Source of the DNA: Octopus bimaculoides
Taxonomy: Eukaryota
Direction of reading: 5' to 3'
Assembly (NCBI RefSeq): GCF_001194135.2
Contig: NC_068981.1
Coordinates: 126,826,404-126,866,755, forward strand
Length of the DNA stretch: 40,352 bases
The stretch's first letter is position 1. Each line of letters opens with the position of its first letter. Under the pieces are notes generated by a model. The model was not told the DNA's origin, did no database searches, and worked only from the letters and a program-made list of their open reading frames with translations. Shown one piece after another: positions 21,746 to 34,449 of the stretch. The position numbers were made by a program, and so were the translations under genes.

Positions 21746-24399
21746 CAAAGCTGAAAATTGTAAACCTGAAATGTCTTAATCCACTCCTACTCTACTTTGA
21801 AATGAATTAGAAACGGAAACCAAATATACTAATAGAAGCTCATGTCACAGGAGCAAATGAAACAGCTTTAACGTAACAATTAACTGATGTTGGTGTAATA
21901 ACCATGAGCCAGAACATTGTTCAGTTGAAAATACTCATCAGCTTCGAAAACTCCACATTTGGGGGCATAATTTACAGGAAGAAAAGTAAATTAGAATCTT
22001 GTAATAACGAGAAAAGAAAAGACTACGAAATAACCCATTCTCCATGTTTTAACCAGACTGAGGAATGACTTGATTAAGACCTTTGCATTATGAAACGATC
22101 ATGAAATCTTTGAATGTCAGCATTATTAACTTACAATGATGTTCACATTACTTAGAGTCTACCCTATTGAGTAAAGTTTCTTTATGCGATGGTGTCATTC
22201 GTTTAAGACCGTTTTAGCTAGCTCTGTGTGGTACGTATGGCAGACGGATTAAATTTAATCAACACTTTACAAAAAAGGTTTAAGTTTCACTACGTGTTAT
22301 CTAGTGGGATTTGTACTTACGCTTCTTATTTAATGATGAATTAACAAATATTTACTTAGAAATATCGTAATTCTGAGTTTCATTCTCTCGGGGTTTGCCT
22401 AAATGATATGGCCCCGTTCTTCTTATTACAGTTAAAGAGTTCAAATCAATTAAGTGATATCTAATTAAATGGTCAGCTTTTCATAGGAAATTTTGATGAA
22501 AACTATATCATAACATTAATAATATATGTATTTTTCATAAAAATAAACAAGTTTCCCCACTTCCTAACTTGAAATTACATAAATAAATGTATTTGCACTA
22601 AATCACCTCGAATATCATCAGAAAAATATGTCGTGTCAGACGATTTTTGACATATTTCCAATTTGTCATCTAAACAGTAGACCGAGAGCAATGGACGAAA
22701 GTAGCTGGTTTATATATACAGATTTTAATTAGGACCATATTCACCCATTTACTGACGCAATATTTACGTAGCTGTATTACAATCGAGTAGTAATTAAAAT
22801 CACAGCTCAGTGCAACAGGAAACAAGTAACTGCATAAATTCAAACATCTAATCTTACAAAAAGGTTGTACAACAACAACACAACAACGTCAACATAGTTT
22901 CGACCTGTACTATTAGCAAAAGATAATCGACAATTCAAGACTACGAACCATTTCCCACTGCTTGATGAAACCAATTTCTTCTTTTAATCTGTGAGGCGAA
23001 AAGGACATTAATGTAAGTCCCTTTATAAATCTATGGCTGTTTAACTAAATAAGGGACTAATATATGAATACAAAGAATAATTGAAAACTGCTTGAATCGA
23101 GCGTTGACAAAATTGATTATGTTAAGTTTTTAATAGCTTCTTTCAATTCCAACAATCGGTATATCACTATTGATAAAAAGAATACTTTATGAATATAGGT
23201 TAGTTTCGTTTTTGTTTTGTTTTTTTTTGTTTTTGTTTTTTTTTTTATTTTATCTACGACGATAATTTTTAAACAGAAAAATAATTTTGATTCAAATATA
23301 AAAGACGGAATTTCACTAAAATACATTATATGTCTTCTTTCTTAACATGATCATTATTTCGTTTCTTTGATTTTATATCTTAAAATATGATTAAAAGTGT
23401 TTTGCTTATTCAGACTATTACTAGTTTCCTTGAACTAGAGCTTGTCTTTTCTCTGCACATTAATTGGTTTCGCTGTTGGTAGTATATAACGTTCCAATGC
23501 CAACTCTCATAACCGACAAGAAAAGTAAACCTTCTACAGTTGTGGCTAGTTGTTTTTAGTGAAATGTATTATTGTGATTTCCATTTGTTCCTAAGGGAAG
23601 TGGAGAAACGAAATCGCATCAGTTAAGAACCAAATCGATTCACTCTTCATATTTTGCAATAGCAGAAATCCTCAAAAGTATAAAAAGGAATACATCAATG
23701 TCTTTGTTAAAAGATTGGAGATAAAGGTTTAGTGGACTGACATCAACTGAGAGGTGAAATAATTGAGTAAAAGCATTTGTTCTACGGCTGATAGCGTTTT
23801 GTTGTATTATTGGAGAAGCTGAGAAGTTGAAAACCAGAAAGGTTCTGTTTTCTCAAACTTCACTATGTACGAATTTTTAAAACCATTTCATTCTATATAC
23901 TGATAAAATTGAGTACCTGTAATGTATTTGGAAACATAAAAAATTAGCAAACTTTGTCTTGAGAAATCAGATTTCGTTATACAAAGAGGAAAACCTGAAA
24001 GTGTCTACAAAGTTAAAGATATACGTAATGGAGAGGAAAACTGATACAACGGTTTCCTATCACGTAGACTTTCATTATGCTTGCCCGAGATGAATAGAAG
24101 AAATAGAAGGATATTGTTGAAGAAGCACATTCTCTGATATAAAGTATCCTCGAATTGTATCTTCAACCACCATATACTGAAATGTTTGTTTACTTTTTTC
24201 AGTCATTTTTTGATTTTCCGCTGTTGACATATTTCTAAATTACATACGTTTTTAATTGAATTTTGTGAATAGAGTTGGTTTCATTATTTATTTGTTCATA
24301 ACTGATAATATGAGAGACTTTTGTTGTCATTGAACATAGTCCTTTGAAGGCAGACAGTATGAGTGTGGTTGTACTTTCAGCATTTTTATCTCATAGTGC

Positions 24400-26240
24400 A
24401 GATGGTGTCCAGATGCAATTTTGTAAATGCCTGTGAGAGGAGTCAGAGAACTGAATTTTGAATGAATTGTATTTTTTGTGCTGTATCTGCCCTTCATTAG
24501 GTTTGAACTAACAGGAATCGGCCAATGAATTACTTTGTAGATTTCTATAAGTATGAACCTGTCCTGTTTTCAAGTGCTGCTATTCAATCATTTAAAATGT
24601 TGTTTCTTTGTTGAGCACAACCTATCATTCCTTCAGAATGATGAGAAAAGCAACACTGTCAAATAGTGTCTCAAGTGTTTGCACCAGAGATATTACGTGA
24701 CCAGAAACTTTCACTGGTGATAATGAAAGGAGAAAGTTTGGCAGTTGAACAAGTTTACAATCGATTTACAATCGAAAGAGCGTTGCAATTTTCTATCTTC
24801 AAAACTTGAGAGGACATTTGTTCAGTCTATTGGTGACGACGCATGGGAAAATATTTGAATAAAAAATATGTAAAATCATCTGCAGAGTTGCTCACTGTCA
24901 CGAATCAGTGCTTTGGAAACATACATAGCTACCCCCACTGTTCTGCAAGTAAAAGCCTCACGATTCTGTTGTAAGTTTAATGTCACAGTAACTGTATAAG
25001 TATAGAATGCTGCAGCAATTGCACCTAAGTTGAGGTCTAAGTCTATGACTGGAGGCTTAGATAGGCATTGATTGTGAGTAGAAGTCACTCTTAAAAATGT
25101 TTGCAATTAGACTAAGAGGAGGTACTAGTTTGAATAATGATCAGTCACTTTGTCAGGCTTCATAAATAGAATAATCAGTGTGATCTTTTCCGGATTAACT
25201 TCATTTTAGTTTTCGAATAAAAAATACATGATCATAGTTGTCCTGTGCATGATACTAAACTTGCCAAGATTCATCAGATGGAACATACAATCAAACTGTC
25301 AAGCCGTTCAGCTCTTGAGTTTTTTTATTATTTTATTACCTATTCTCCTTTAAATCTAATGCTTTCATTTCTGTCATTTTACTGGTGCACAAAGTTTGTG
25401 AGCTGAATTGGCTTGCCAAATTTTGTGAATTAGTAAACTAATATTTCTCAGAGTCTTTGATTTTTCAATTGTTTCATCCCTTTCCATCGTTTCTTAATCT
25501 TTGTACAAAACCGTAAAGCTTAAATGTGTTCTAGCCATCATCTGGAATTCTCTGCTTTTATTTTGAAAGTTTTGCTTATTTATCCTTTAACTGATTCCAT
25601 TTTGAAAGTTTTCCTTATTTATCATTGAACTGGTTGCATTCTTTGAGAAAAGCCTTGCTGCTTTGTTTTCCTCAACCATGAATGGCTTTATTTGGGGTTT
25701 TTGTCCTGCTCGAATATTTTTCTTCGCGGTTTTTAAACAGGTTTGTAGAAGATGTTCTCATCTTGACATATATTCCAAGAAAATGATAGCCCAAAAATCT
25801 GTTTTCGGATTAAGTTTGGAATAATTTGCATATGACTGTTCTCATATTTATAAAGGTTGTTTGATGCAGTAACTTGTTCATGTTCAGTTTTCATTGTCAC
25901 AATGATCAGCAACCGCTCTAAAGGTAAGTTAGTCAACATTTTCCAATCTAGCTGGTTGAATATCGAAACGCTCGAAATGTAATGGTTGTACTCATGGAGA
26001 GTGAAGGAGTAGAAATTTTATTTTCAGAGACTGGAACTCTTGTTGGTTCAGTGTACCACAGATCAAAATTCAGCGTATCAAAGTCCAGTGCACCACAGAA
26101 TGATTTGTCTGTCTTTTTTTCTGCTAGATTTTCCACTTGTATCCAATTGTCCATTTAAAATCACCATCTATCATGAGCGTTCAACTTACCATAAATAATC
26201 ACATGTGGGATTTAACGAAATAATTGGATTAATGAGATGA
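24400..26240 (-). mobile_element. Heavily decayed non-LTR retrotransposon ORF2 (AP-endonuclease plus RT N-terminus; I/Jockey-like group)
   Basis: Minus-strand remnants: PHVIIYGKLNAHDRW (compare GDFNAHH..W), EPTRVP, LDWKMLTNLPL, and ITLIILFMKPDKVTDHYSN (compare IIPIPKPGK...SYRPISL). Many stops and frameshifts, so boundaries are approximate. Confidence 0.5.
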
Positions 26241-26834
26241 AGTTCGAACCACAAAAAGAGACAGGTGAAATGCTTGAGAATCGGATGAGATTCTAATCCA
26301 CCAGAGTCAGTGGATTTACAATTGAAAAGGGATATATTTTCCAATAAACATGGATTGATTCATAAACAGTTTCTCTGTTATAATTAAACTATTTCTCATT
26401 ATTGTTATTGGCCACATCATAATGATAATGGCTCTTATTCTCATTATTGCCATTATGTGTAATTCATGACTTCATGGTTATATATAGTCATCACTTCAGC
26501 TGGAAAAAATTGCTTTATTTGTTAATGTCCAACTCATCATTCGTTAAATGTTAACCCATCATTCATCAAAATAAAGCAATCTCTCTATCTCTCATTTTTA
26601 TTACATTTCACTCTCTCATTCACTCTCTTTCTTTATCTCTCTCTCTCTCTCTCCCTCTCTCTCTCCTCCTCCTCTCTCATCTATTATCAGCAGAAGCATG
26701 GTAATAAAGCCTATAAACTATGTATTTCAAAATTGTTAAGTAGGTTTTTAGTCATCAATTCATGTACAAATTAAACAAATTAAATATTACAAAGATAACG
26801 AAGTCTTCAACTGTCAGTCAGCCTTGCTTCATGC

Positions 26835-27077
26835 TTCATGGCATGTATTTGCAGAAATTTCTTAATTTATATCCTGTGAATTGTGTTCCATTATCTGAAA
26901 CGAACGTGTCTGGAACACCGTATCGAGCAAATAACTCGAGTAGGAACTTTATTCTTATCTTTGCTGCGGGTTTATTATATCTACATACCTCTGGCCACTT
27001 TGTATAGCTATCCACAACGATTAGATAGCCCAGCGTAATCGATATGTATCCTGGACCATGGGCTCTCAGTCTCCATG
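26835..27077 (-). pseudogene. Gypsy integrase core fragment (first two Asp of the DDE triad)
   Basis: METESPWSRIHIDYAG, then a frameshift, then YLIVVDSYTKWPEVCRYNKPAAKIRIKFLLELFARYGVPDTFVSDNGTQFTGYKLRNFCKYMP*. Confidence 0.85.
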
Positions 27078-27084
27078 CATAGAA

Positions 27085-27846
27085 CTAGTTTGTTCGAGAG
27101 TACTTGCGGAAATGTTTTTTTTTTTTTCTCTTTAACTCTTCAGACGAATTATTTTTAGAGGGACAACTATTTACGTTATTACAATAGAGATTTATGGGGA
27201 GGTCCCATAAATCGAATAATTCTAACCAATCGGTACTGAGCAGATCGGTTGCATTTTTAACGACCAAGTCTTTCGCCTTGTATGTTTTCCTTCGAAATAT
27301 TTCATGAATCCACATTTCGCCTATGAAATGTAATTTGCCGCCCGTCACGCTAGGAGATTTCGCTGTTTTTCTCACCATACGTTTCTCTATTTTCTTCCAT
27401 GTGTCCATATTTATTATTGAAATATCACTTTCAGTATCAGATTGAAGTTTAATATCTATTCTATTTATTTTTACGTGTACGAATTTTCTTATTTGGAAGT
27501 CGATTTTTGTTTCTGATGAGAGCACTCTAGGATTTTTGACGTTTGACCTTCGTAATTTTGTTCTACAGTGTGAACTTTTGTGAACAATTCTTTTGCAACT
27601 GTAACATTTTTGATTTTTAAATGGACAGTCTTTTCTGAAATATATGCCCCCACATCCATAACATGGATTAGGACGTGGTGCTCTTTTTTTTTTTTTTTTT
27701 TTTTGGTTGTACTTTTCCGGTCGGCATATCTGTATTTTTGAGGAATCCTTTTCTTGAATTTTTTCTACATTGTGTTTCAGGTTTACCATCCTTTGGCATT
27801 CTTCCGCCATGAACTGTAAGGCTAGATCTTGGTTCATTTGTTCCAA
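27085..27846 (-). pseudogene. Gypsy gag C-terminus (2 zinc knuckles) plus degenerate aspartic protease
   Basis: ORF-track 253-aa ORF. The second knuckle is CX2CX4HX4C. The catalytic DTG is altered to DTE. Confidence 0.85.
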
Positions 27847-28250
27847 TTTAGAAAGAATTCTTGCCCGAATTTCTGTATCTTCGCTTGCTGTAAGGCCTTA
27901 TACGAGAATAAGATACTTGAGCATCTCAGGTGTAAGCTCTTTAAGTTTAAAACTTTCACACATCCTGTTGACTGTTCCTGCGTATGTGATAAAATCATCT
28001 TCCTCTTTTTTCGTTATATTCTAACATTTCATTCGAGTGTAAGAGAAGTTTTATCACTGAATATGTTAGACAGTAATTCTATTGTTTCTTTGAAACAAAT
28101 TTCATTGGGTTTTTGGGCAATATGAAATTACAATAATGTTCATGCTCTAACGGAGTTAATTTTGCTTCTGTAACTCCTGCTGCTTCTCTTGTTGTTGCTT
28201 TTGCAACTGTACTACGGAAGCTAATAGGTCTTCAATTATTTAACAAGTTG

Positions 28251-28469
28251 AAAGCGGTGAACTGGCAGAAACGTTAGCACGCCGGGCGAAATGCTTAACA
28301 GTATTTCGTCTGTCTTTACGTTCTGAGTTCAAATTTCGCCGCGGTCGATTTCGCCTTTCATCCTTTCGGAGCCGATAAATTAAGTACCAGCTGCGTACTG
28401 GGATTGATGAAATCGATTGCCCCCCCCCCGTCCCCAAAAATTTCGAGCCTTTCGCCTAGAGTAGAAAAC
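28251..28469 (+). mobile_element. Full-length tRNA-derived SINE (family A) with 16-bp TSD, inserted at the start of Gypsy gag
   Basis: Head AAAGCGGTGAACTGGCAGAAACGTTAGC and B-box GAGTTCAAATT. TSD ATTATTTAACAAGTTG at 28235-28250 and 28470-28485. Confidence 0.92.
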
Positions 28470-28528
28470 ATTATTTAACAAGTTGTATCACTAACAAATT
28501 GTTAAATAACCTACATGAGCTTCGAAAG

Positions 28529-28539
28529 CCTCGTTGCCA
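28529..28539 (-). promoter_or_regulatory. Primer-binding site of the Gypsy element
   Basis: Minus-strand TGGCAACGAGG, 5 nt downstream of the putative LTR end (...CGCTACA). The TGG start is complementary to a tRNA CCA end. Confidence 0.65.
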
Positions 28540-28544
28540 GATAT

Positions 28545-28782
28545 TGTAGCGTAATTTGTTAAGATAACCAGACAACAGTACAAACAATGTAACGAACTAA
28601 CAAATCTCTTTACGAACCACCAATCAATATTCCTTGTGAACTAACCAACCGATACTTTCCGATTTCACTGCGAACTAGCACAAACTTCACGCGATTCCGA
28701 ACTCTGAACTCGGATCGTTACCACTTATACTTTACTCGGACCAGTCTATCTCTCGCAAGGGGGCGTCGTAACTCTCATCACA
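28545..28782 (-). repeat. Putative 5' LTR of the Gypsy element (~240 bp)
   Basis: Minus-strand TG...CA boundaries (TGTGATGAG...TTACGCTACA) directly upstream of the PBS. The outer boundary is uncertain because there is no second LTR to compare. Confidence 0.5.
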
Positions 28783-31700
28783 ACAGTTTATTAACACACT
28801 TCTACTAGATCGTACGTTTATTTATTTATTTATTGTTAGTAAACCGACTTGAAAAGATAAACTCATCAAAAATTTAATAGATATTTGACTACTTTGAGTG
28901 TGAGAAGAAACGCTAACCAGAAGCGTGGATTCAGGTCAAAAACTCGTACTTGAAATATTCAATTTCTGGAGAACAATTGATCCTGAGGACTCACTTTAAA
29001 TTGAATAAATTACGATGCAATCTGAGATCTTAGAGCAATAAAAATTCACACAGAGAATACACTTGTTAACTTAATGCTAACTTCAAATTTTCTAAGCAAT
29101 AAACTTTGATAAATTAACACACGAAAGTTTTTTCTGAGAGATATTGCCGTATACCTGTATATATTCTCCCATAATTACGCTTAGCAACCTGCTTAGTAAA
29201 TTCTTACAATTTCATTTCCTATTAATAATGAAGATTATGTGACTTCATTTAATTTTGTTTAACATTCAAATCATTGTTTATAGACAAATCGTGGGCAATG
29301 AAGTAATTTCAGAGGTTTGCATGTCTGGGAAAAACGGTTAAGTGCTAACCTAAGTGCTAAATAGTAAAGGTAGAGGAGAAAAGCAGTGTAGCAGTGAAGC
29401 GGGTATGCATTTAGTTATTTCAGTGGAGAAAGTGCTGTTGTGATAGTGATGAAGAGCGAAATGAGAACAAATGAGAGTTGAGAGTTTAACGAGAACAGAG
29501 TTTGGGATGCATTTTTTGAATGTAGTGGAATGGGTACAATCGCTGGGTAGAGTTGTAACTACTGGTAGTGATTTTTCATTTAGTGTATGTTACAATGACA
29601 CAAAGGCGTTGTAAATGAAAGTTTGGGATACATTTCGTTGAGGAAGTGCAGTATATAGTATACAGAAGCAAGCAGTTAATGTATAGAGTTGAAGGTATTT
29701 TCAGAGCCAATCAGAAGTGTGTCACTTCATCCATGTGTAATAGGCAGTTTTTGTTTGTTTTTTGTTTTGTTTTGTTTTGTTTTTTACCGTACTGTTGCAG
29801 TACAAATTTATTTGGGCGCGGCCTTCAAATTAAGGGACAAAGCTAAGAGGATGGTTCGGTCACCTGCTTATCTGTATCGGATCTGACTTATTACCCTGTT
29901 CGCTGGCGTAGAACTGACGAAGCCCCTACATGCTACCTGACTAGAAGTACCAGGGTGTTTTGAGCAGGGTTATTGTGTGATGTTGGGATGTAAAGTGCGT
30001 TGACTTGATCAGGTAGAGATCAGACGGTACAATGAGAACAGAGATAGTGTTCGTTGAGTAAATGTTGGACTTTGAGTTGCGGCAGAAATCAAGGTTATTC
30101 GATGCATTCATGTATCTGGCAGGGATACCGATAGAATTTGATTAAAGGAGTGCGGATAGTTGAAGGAAACAAACAATTCAACCACTGCACAAAGAGTTTT
30201 CAAAAGAGGATAAGAACTAGAAGTAGCGTGCAACCAGATTTTAAGTTCAGGGTAATGTGAGAGATATCGTAAATAACGAAGTGAGATTTAGACAGCTGTT
30301 AGCAATTGAAAGAGTTTATGGAACAGTATAGACAACAGATGATCTGAGTGAGTGAACTGTGATCTGAGTGAGTGAACACCATCTACCCATCAAAATCTAG
30401 AGAATAGTATAATCAAGTAAACAGCGTTCGGTTAGAATAGGGAGGAGTATAAAATATGGCATATGTATTAGTATAGAGTGGGAGGATTGTTAAGTGAGTT
30501 TATTTTATTTATTTGTGTCATTTTCGTTTTTAAGCAGTTTGTGCTGAAGGAAAGAGAAACTGAAACCACAACGTATAGTTGTCATATACCGTGTTTCCGA
30601 TATCTAGAAGATGTCTATCTGGAAGTGCGGAGTTATAGATGCCCGCCTCGAAATTCTTAGTTCGTTCCCGTGCCAGTTGCGAACTGAGACACAAAAGGAT
30701 ACAAGATTACGTGCAAAATGAAAGAACAATCTCTTGTAACGTTAATCATGAGGCTGGACGTTCTGTCTTACTGGTACTCGATGTTTATATTTTCCATTAT
30801 TCTTCTAAGATAATTAGGTACATGAGTTAGCGATACGATCTTATTGAGTTATGCGAATTGTTTTATTATATATTCAACGATTATAATACAAGAATTTTAA
30901 CTTAAATTGACAAGTTCGAAGTAAGTTTATAAAACTGCGCATTCTTTTTCTCTAGTACTATATTATTTTCTTTGAATTCGATCTAAGATCTGTATATTCA
31001 ATGAATTTGAAAACGGGATATTACATCTCACAATCTTACTTTCTTCATTGGACGTATGTAAACATGAAGTAGCTTTAATCTTAAAATGAAACTGCATCGT
31101 AGTTTCGCTTCTATGGAGTTTACTTTTATTCCAAGATTCTCACCTCTACCACATACTGAACTTCGCCTTTCAACAATATTCTTCTAAGGCTATAAATTAT
31201 TATATTGAAGTTTTAATATAAGCACATGGATAAAGATTTATAAATCAAATGAGATGTTCTGACTGTCATATTTTTTTCTAAAGATATAGCGTGAGCGAAT
31301 AAAAAAAACTATTTTCAATTCTATGATATATTCTACTCATGAAGAGTTTGCTTCGTACTGAACAATGCTCACCGTGAAAAAAATTATATTTCTGCGACTG
31401 AGATATATCAGACAGCTAGATTACTTTCATTTTTCACGTATTCAGTTTCATGATTAACGTCAACATATTAACTTTAGTTTCCTTTCAGCTATTGTCCACC
31501 ATATGGCAAATGGTGTAGGGTTGGCACCTGTTCTTTTATTCTTCGTCTCCATGAATGATAATTGTTTTTCACGTAATCTCAATATCATGTCATCTGTGAA
31601 TCGTTAATACTATTGTCAAAGATTTTCTACTTAACTTTCTCACTCATTTGTAGACTTGGTATTTATCTTAAATAGTTTAAACATGTCTACAGTTATTCTA

Positions 31701-31889
31701 TGTGTATAAAATACTTATATATATATATACTTCCGGTTTCGGTTTGAAGAATGACGTTCTTTATCGTTCTCCTGAAACAACCAAAAAGAGATTGCCTAAA
31801 TCGACAGAAAAAATCTATTAAAACTAACAAATACGTAGTACTTGTTATTTCATAACGGTCTACTATAATATATTGATTGAAAAAACGTA

Positions 31890-32040
31890 ATTGATTGGTT
31901 AGAATTACTGAAATACGACAACTTTAACCCGAAATAACTTTGAAAATACAAACTTCTCTCAACAGCACTAAGAGTAAAAGATGTTTTATATGACACATTC
32001 TACCAGTGTCCGAAGTTTGAAAGTGTTTAATTACAAAAAA
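31890..32040 (+). repeat. Unclassified dispersed repeat, copy 1 (inverted relative to copies 2 and 3)
   Basis: TGATTGGTTAGAATTACTGAAATACGACAACTTTAAC...AGATGTTTTATATGACACATTCTACCAGTGT matches the reverse complement of 37210-37375. Confidence 0.8.
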
Positions 32041-32163
32041 TTAATTTCTCGATCTGCTGTTCAAAGGGTAAAGATCCAATTTCTTCGTACAAGAACAAGG
32101 ATTTTGGAATTTTACCTCTTGCAAAAAAGTATCCTTCTCATTTGTTTATTTTCTCTTATCTTT

Positions 32164-32416
32164 GTATGTATGTATGTATGTATGTATGTATGTATGCATG
32201 CTTGAGAATGGAAATCTTTCGAAATCTATTTCCGTGGGTTTCTTCTTCTTCTTCTTCTTCTTCTTCTTCTTCTTCTTCTTCTTCTTCTTCTTCTTCTTCT
32301 TCTTCTTCTTCTTCTTCTTCTTCTTCTTCTTCTTCTTCTTCTTCTTCTTCTTCTTCTTCTTCTTCTTCTTCTTCTTCTTCTTCTTCTTCTTCTTCTTCTT
32401 CTTCTTCTTCTTCTTC
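32164..32416. repeat. (TATG)n followed by an uninterrupted (TTC)n tract of about 59 units (32240-32416)
   Basis: Directly visible. Source of the poly-S, poly-E and poly-F ORFs. Confidence 0.97.
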
Positions 32417-32761
32417 TACTTCTTCTTCTTCGTCTTTCTCTTCCTCCCCTACTTCTTTTTTCTCCCTCTTCTCTTTGCTGTTGCCAAATACGAACGTGTG
32501 CATGCTCTTACAGCATTTACGAACACAGAGTGGACCGCAAAATAGATGGTAAACAAGGTACACAACAGATGTGCTGCTGTTTAAGCCTCCACCACAATCT
32601 GCTGTCGACTTAACTGGGCTATGCCAGCCACGCTTCCAAATAAACTTCTTTCCAGTGCGTGATCCACAGCAACTAACTCTCTATCTCCCAGAAGTTCTCT
32701 AAGCACTTTCAGGTTTTCGACATCTTAACCCGTTTACATTCATATTACGCTGTCAAATATA

Positions 32762-32819
32762 CGAGTGGATGCTGAAAAGTTCTTGGCTTTAAGGATATCG
32801 CGAAAGTACTGGCTGGAGA
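32762..32819 (+). mobile_element. Left end of a mariner-type MITE, truncated by a gap
   Basis: TA followed by CGAGTGGATGCTGAAAAGTTCTTGGCTTT...GATATCGCGAAAG...CTGGCTGGAG, matching the element at 34189. Confidence 0.75.
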
Positions 32820-33547
32820 NNNNNNNNNNAATTGAAGGATGGTTATTGTGAAGGTCGTTACACTTTAATGATCATAGAACATATAAATTTGCAAGCGATG
32901 CAAGTAGAGCTACTGAAGTGTTTTGGGAGTAGATTATAGATAATGTCTACAAAATATAGTTGTTTTACATGAAAACAAAATTTCTTGTCAGAAACCGCCA
33001 CACAAATGGTGTAATTTAATTGAAGGAAGACGTTGAAACTTACCCTCTGCGAATTCACTTTTTTCAACAGCAAAGGGAACTATTTTTTCGGAGAGATAAG
33101 CTTAACAAAGGTCCCTTTATTCTGTCTTCCTACATAAGCCTGCGCATAAACTAACAGAATGCTGCATAAAGTTAAATTGGTATGGAGATTTCTGAAAGAT
33201 ACGTATAGTTTTCGCTAGTGGAAGCAAAACTCTTATTTAAAGGTTGATTCTTTGGAACGAATCATATGTGATTGTTTTAAAAAGGCTAGAACGACAATAC
33301 TAAAACGTATTTGAAACAATGGACAACAGTCGAAATATCATAATGGATGGGTAAATAAATACACTTAAAGTGAAACATCGCATTGGTAGGTAAACAAAGG
33401 TATCAACAAATAGAAGAGAAGGAAAAGAACATCACCTTTCAAGTAACTCAAAACAGGTAAAGATATGCTTGCCAAAGATTAATTCAGTTTAAATATGGAG
33501 ATTAAGATTGTTTGATATTGGATATTCATCGCGTACAGTATTCCTAG

Positions 33548-33870
33548 TCAATTTAATCACCGTGGCAGGTGGACAGCTGAAATAAATAAATAGACAAAAT
33601 CCTTTCACTTTTATAATAGGATTAAAAGAGAATGGAAGACCCTACATGCAAAAAAAAACTTTGTCCATTTAGGTCTATTTACGCGGAAGCTCTGGGTCAA
33701 ATGTTTAGTGCATGACCATCCTTAGGACATAAGTAATGAGAGCGTAAATTTGGTGAAAATCGGTTGAGAATTGTGGAAATGTATGCGATCAGTGTTCCTG
33801 ATCAATTTAATCACCGTCGCTGATGGACAGTGAAAATAAATAAATAGATAAAATCCCTTCACTTTTATAA
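33548..33870. repeat. Pair of ~69-bp diverged direct repeats, 254 bp apart
   Basis: TCAATTTAATCACCGT...GGACAG...AAATAAATAAATAGA.AAAATCC.TTCACTTTTATAA at 33548-33616 and 33802-33870. Confidence 0.85.
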
Positions 33871-34108
33871 AAAAAGTAAAACAAGTATGGATTATAAAAC
33901 AAGTACAGATTATAAAACTGCTAATTAATGCAAATGAATAAGAATCATCTATTGTTGGCTTCCCATCGCTCTAGAGGCTTACTTAGATTCTTAAATCTAA
34001 GTAGCCTATGTTCGGGTCTGGGATATGAAGCAGCTGTGTATAAATTTTTTTAAAAATCGGATGAAAGATGTAGAAATTATTGAGGTACATTCAATTTTTG
34101 TACACACA

Positions 34109-34188
<80 letters not shown>
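34109..34188. repeat. (CA)n microsatellite
   Basis: Directly visible. Confidence 0.95.
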
Positions 34189-34193
<5 letters not shown>

Positions 34194-34449
34194 AGGTGCT
34201 GAAAGTTTCTGGCTTTGAGAATATAGCGATATCGCGAAAGGCCTGGCTGGAGGCCCAACCTTTCGAGTTCTTTTACAAAGCTTAGAAAAACTGGAAGACC
34301 GCTGCAATAAGTGCATATAATCTGAGAGGGAAATATGTTGCAATAAGTGTATATAATCTGAGAGGGGAATATGTTGAATAAAATCATAATTAACTGATGC
34401 TCCAGTATTTTCTTTGACCCAAAGCCAGGAACTTTTCAGCACCTCTTCG
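34189..34449. mobile_element. Mariner-derived MITE (261 bp) with ~29-bp TIRs
   Basis: Left CGAGGAGGTGCTGAAAGTTTCTGGCTTT; right AAAGCCAGGAACTTTTCAGCACCTCTTCG followed by TA. Internal remnant of a mariner C-terminus (LEAQPFEFF...LEKLEDRCNKC...LRGEYVE*). Confidence 0.88.

Larger units (their letters stand above)
26835..28782 (-). mobile_element. Internally deleted Ty3/Gypsy LTR retrotransposon (K02A2.6-like/Mag-like): 5' LTR, PBS, gag, protease, partial integrase; no RT/RNase H and no 3' LTR seen
   Basis: Gag remnants EDLLASVVQLQKQQQ, HYCNFILPKNP, EEDDFITYAGTVNRMCE and IRARILSKLEQ. Two zinc knuckles (CYGCGGIYFRKDC and CYSCKRIVHKSSHC), protease LQSDTESDISII, and integrase PWSRIHIDYAG/YLIVVDSYTKWPEV...LFARYGVPDTFVSDNGTQF. 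Confidence 0.88.

Noticed and set aside
29340-30480. Purine-rich block with a recurring GGGA/TATGCATTT-like motif (about 29400, 29500, 29620) and a possible LINE RT C-terminal remnant (YLGAAFKLRDKAKRMVRSP)
   Set aside because: Spacing is irregular and similarity is too weak to call by eye. A tBLASTn or Dfam search would be needed.
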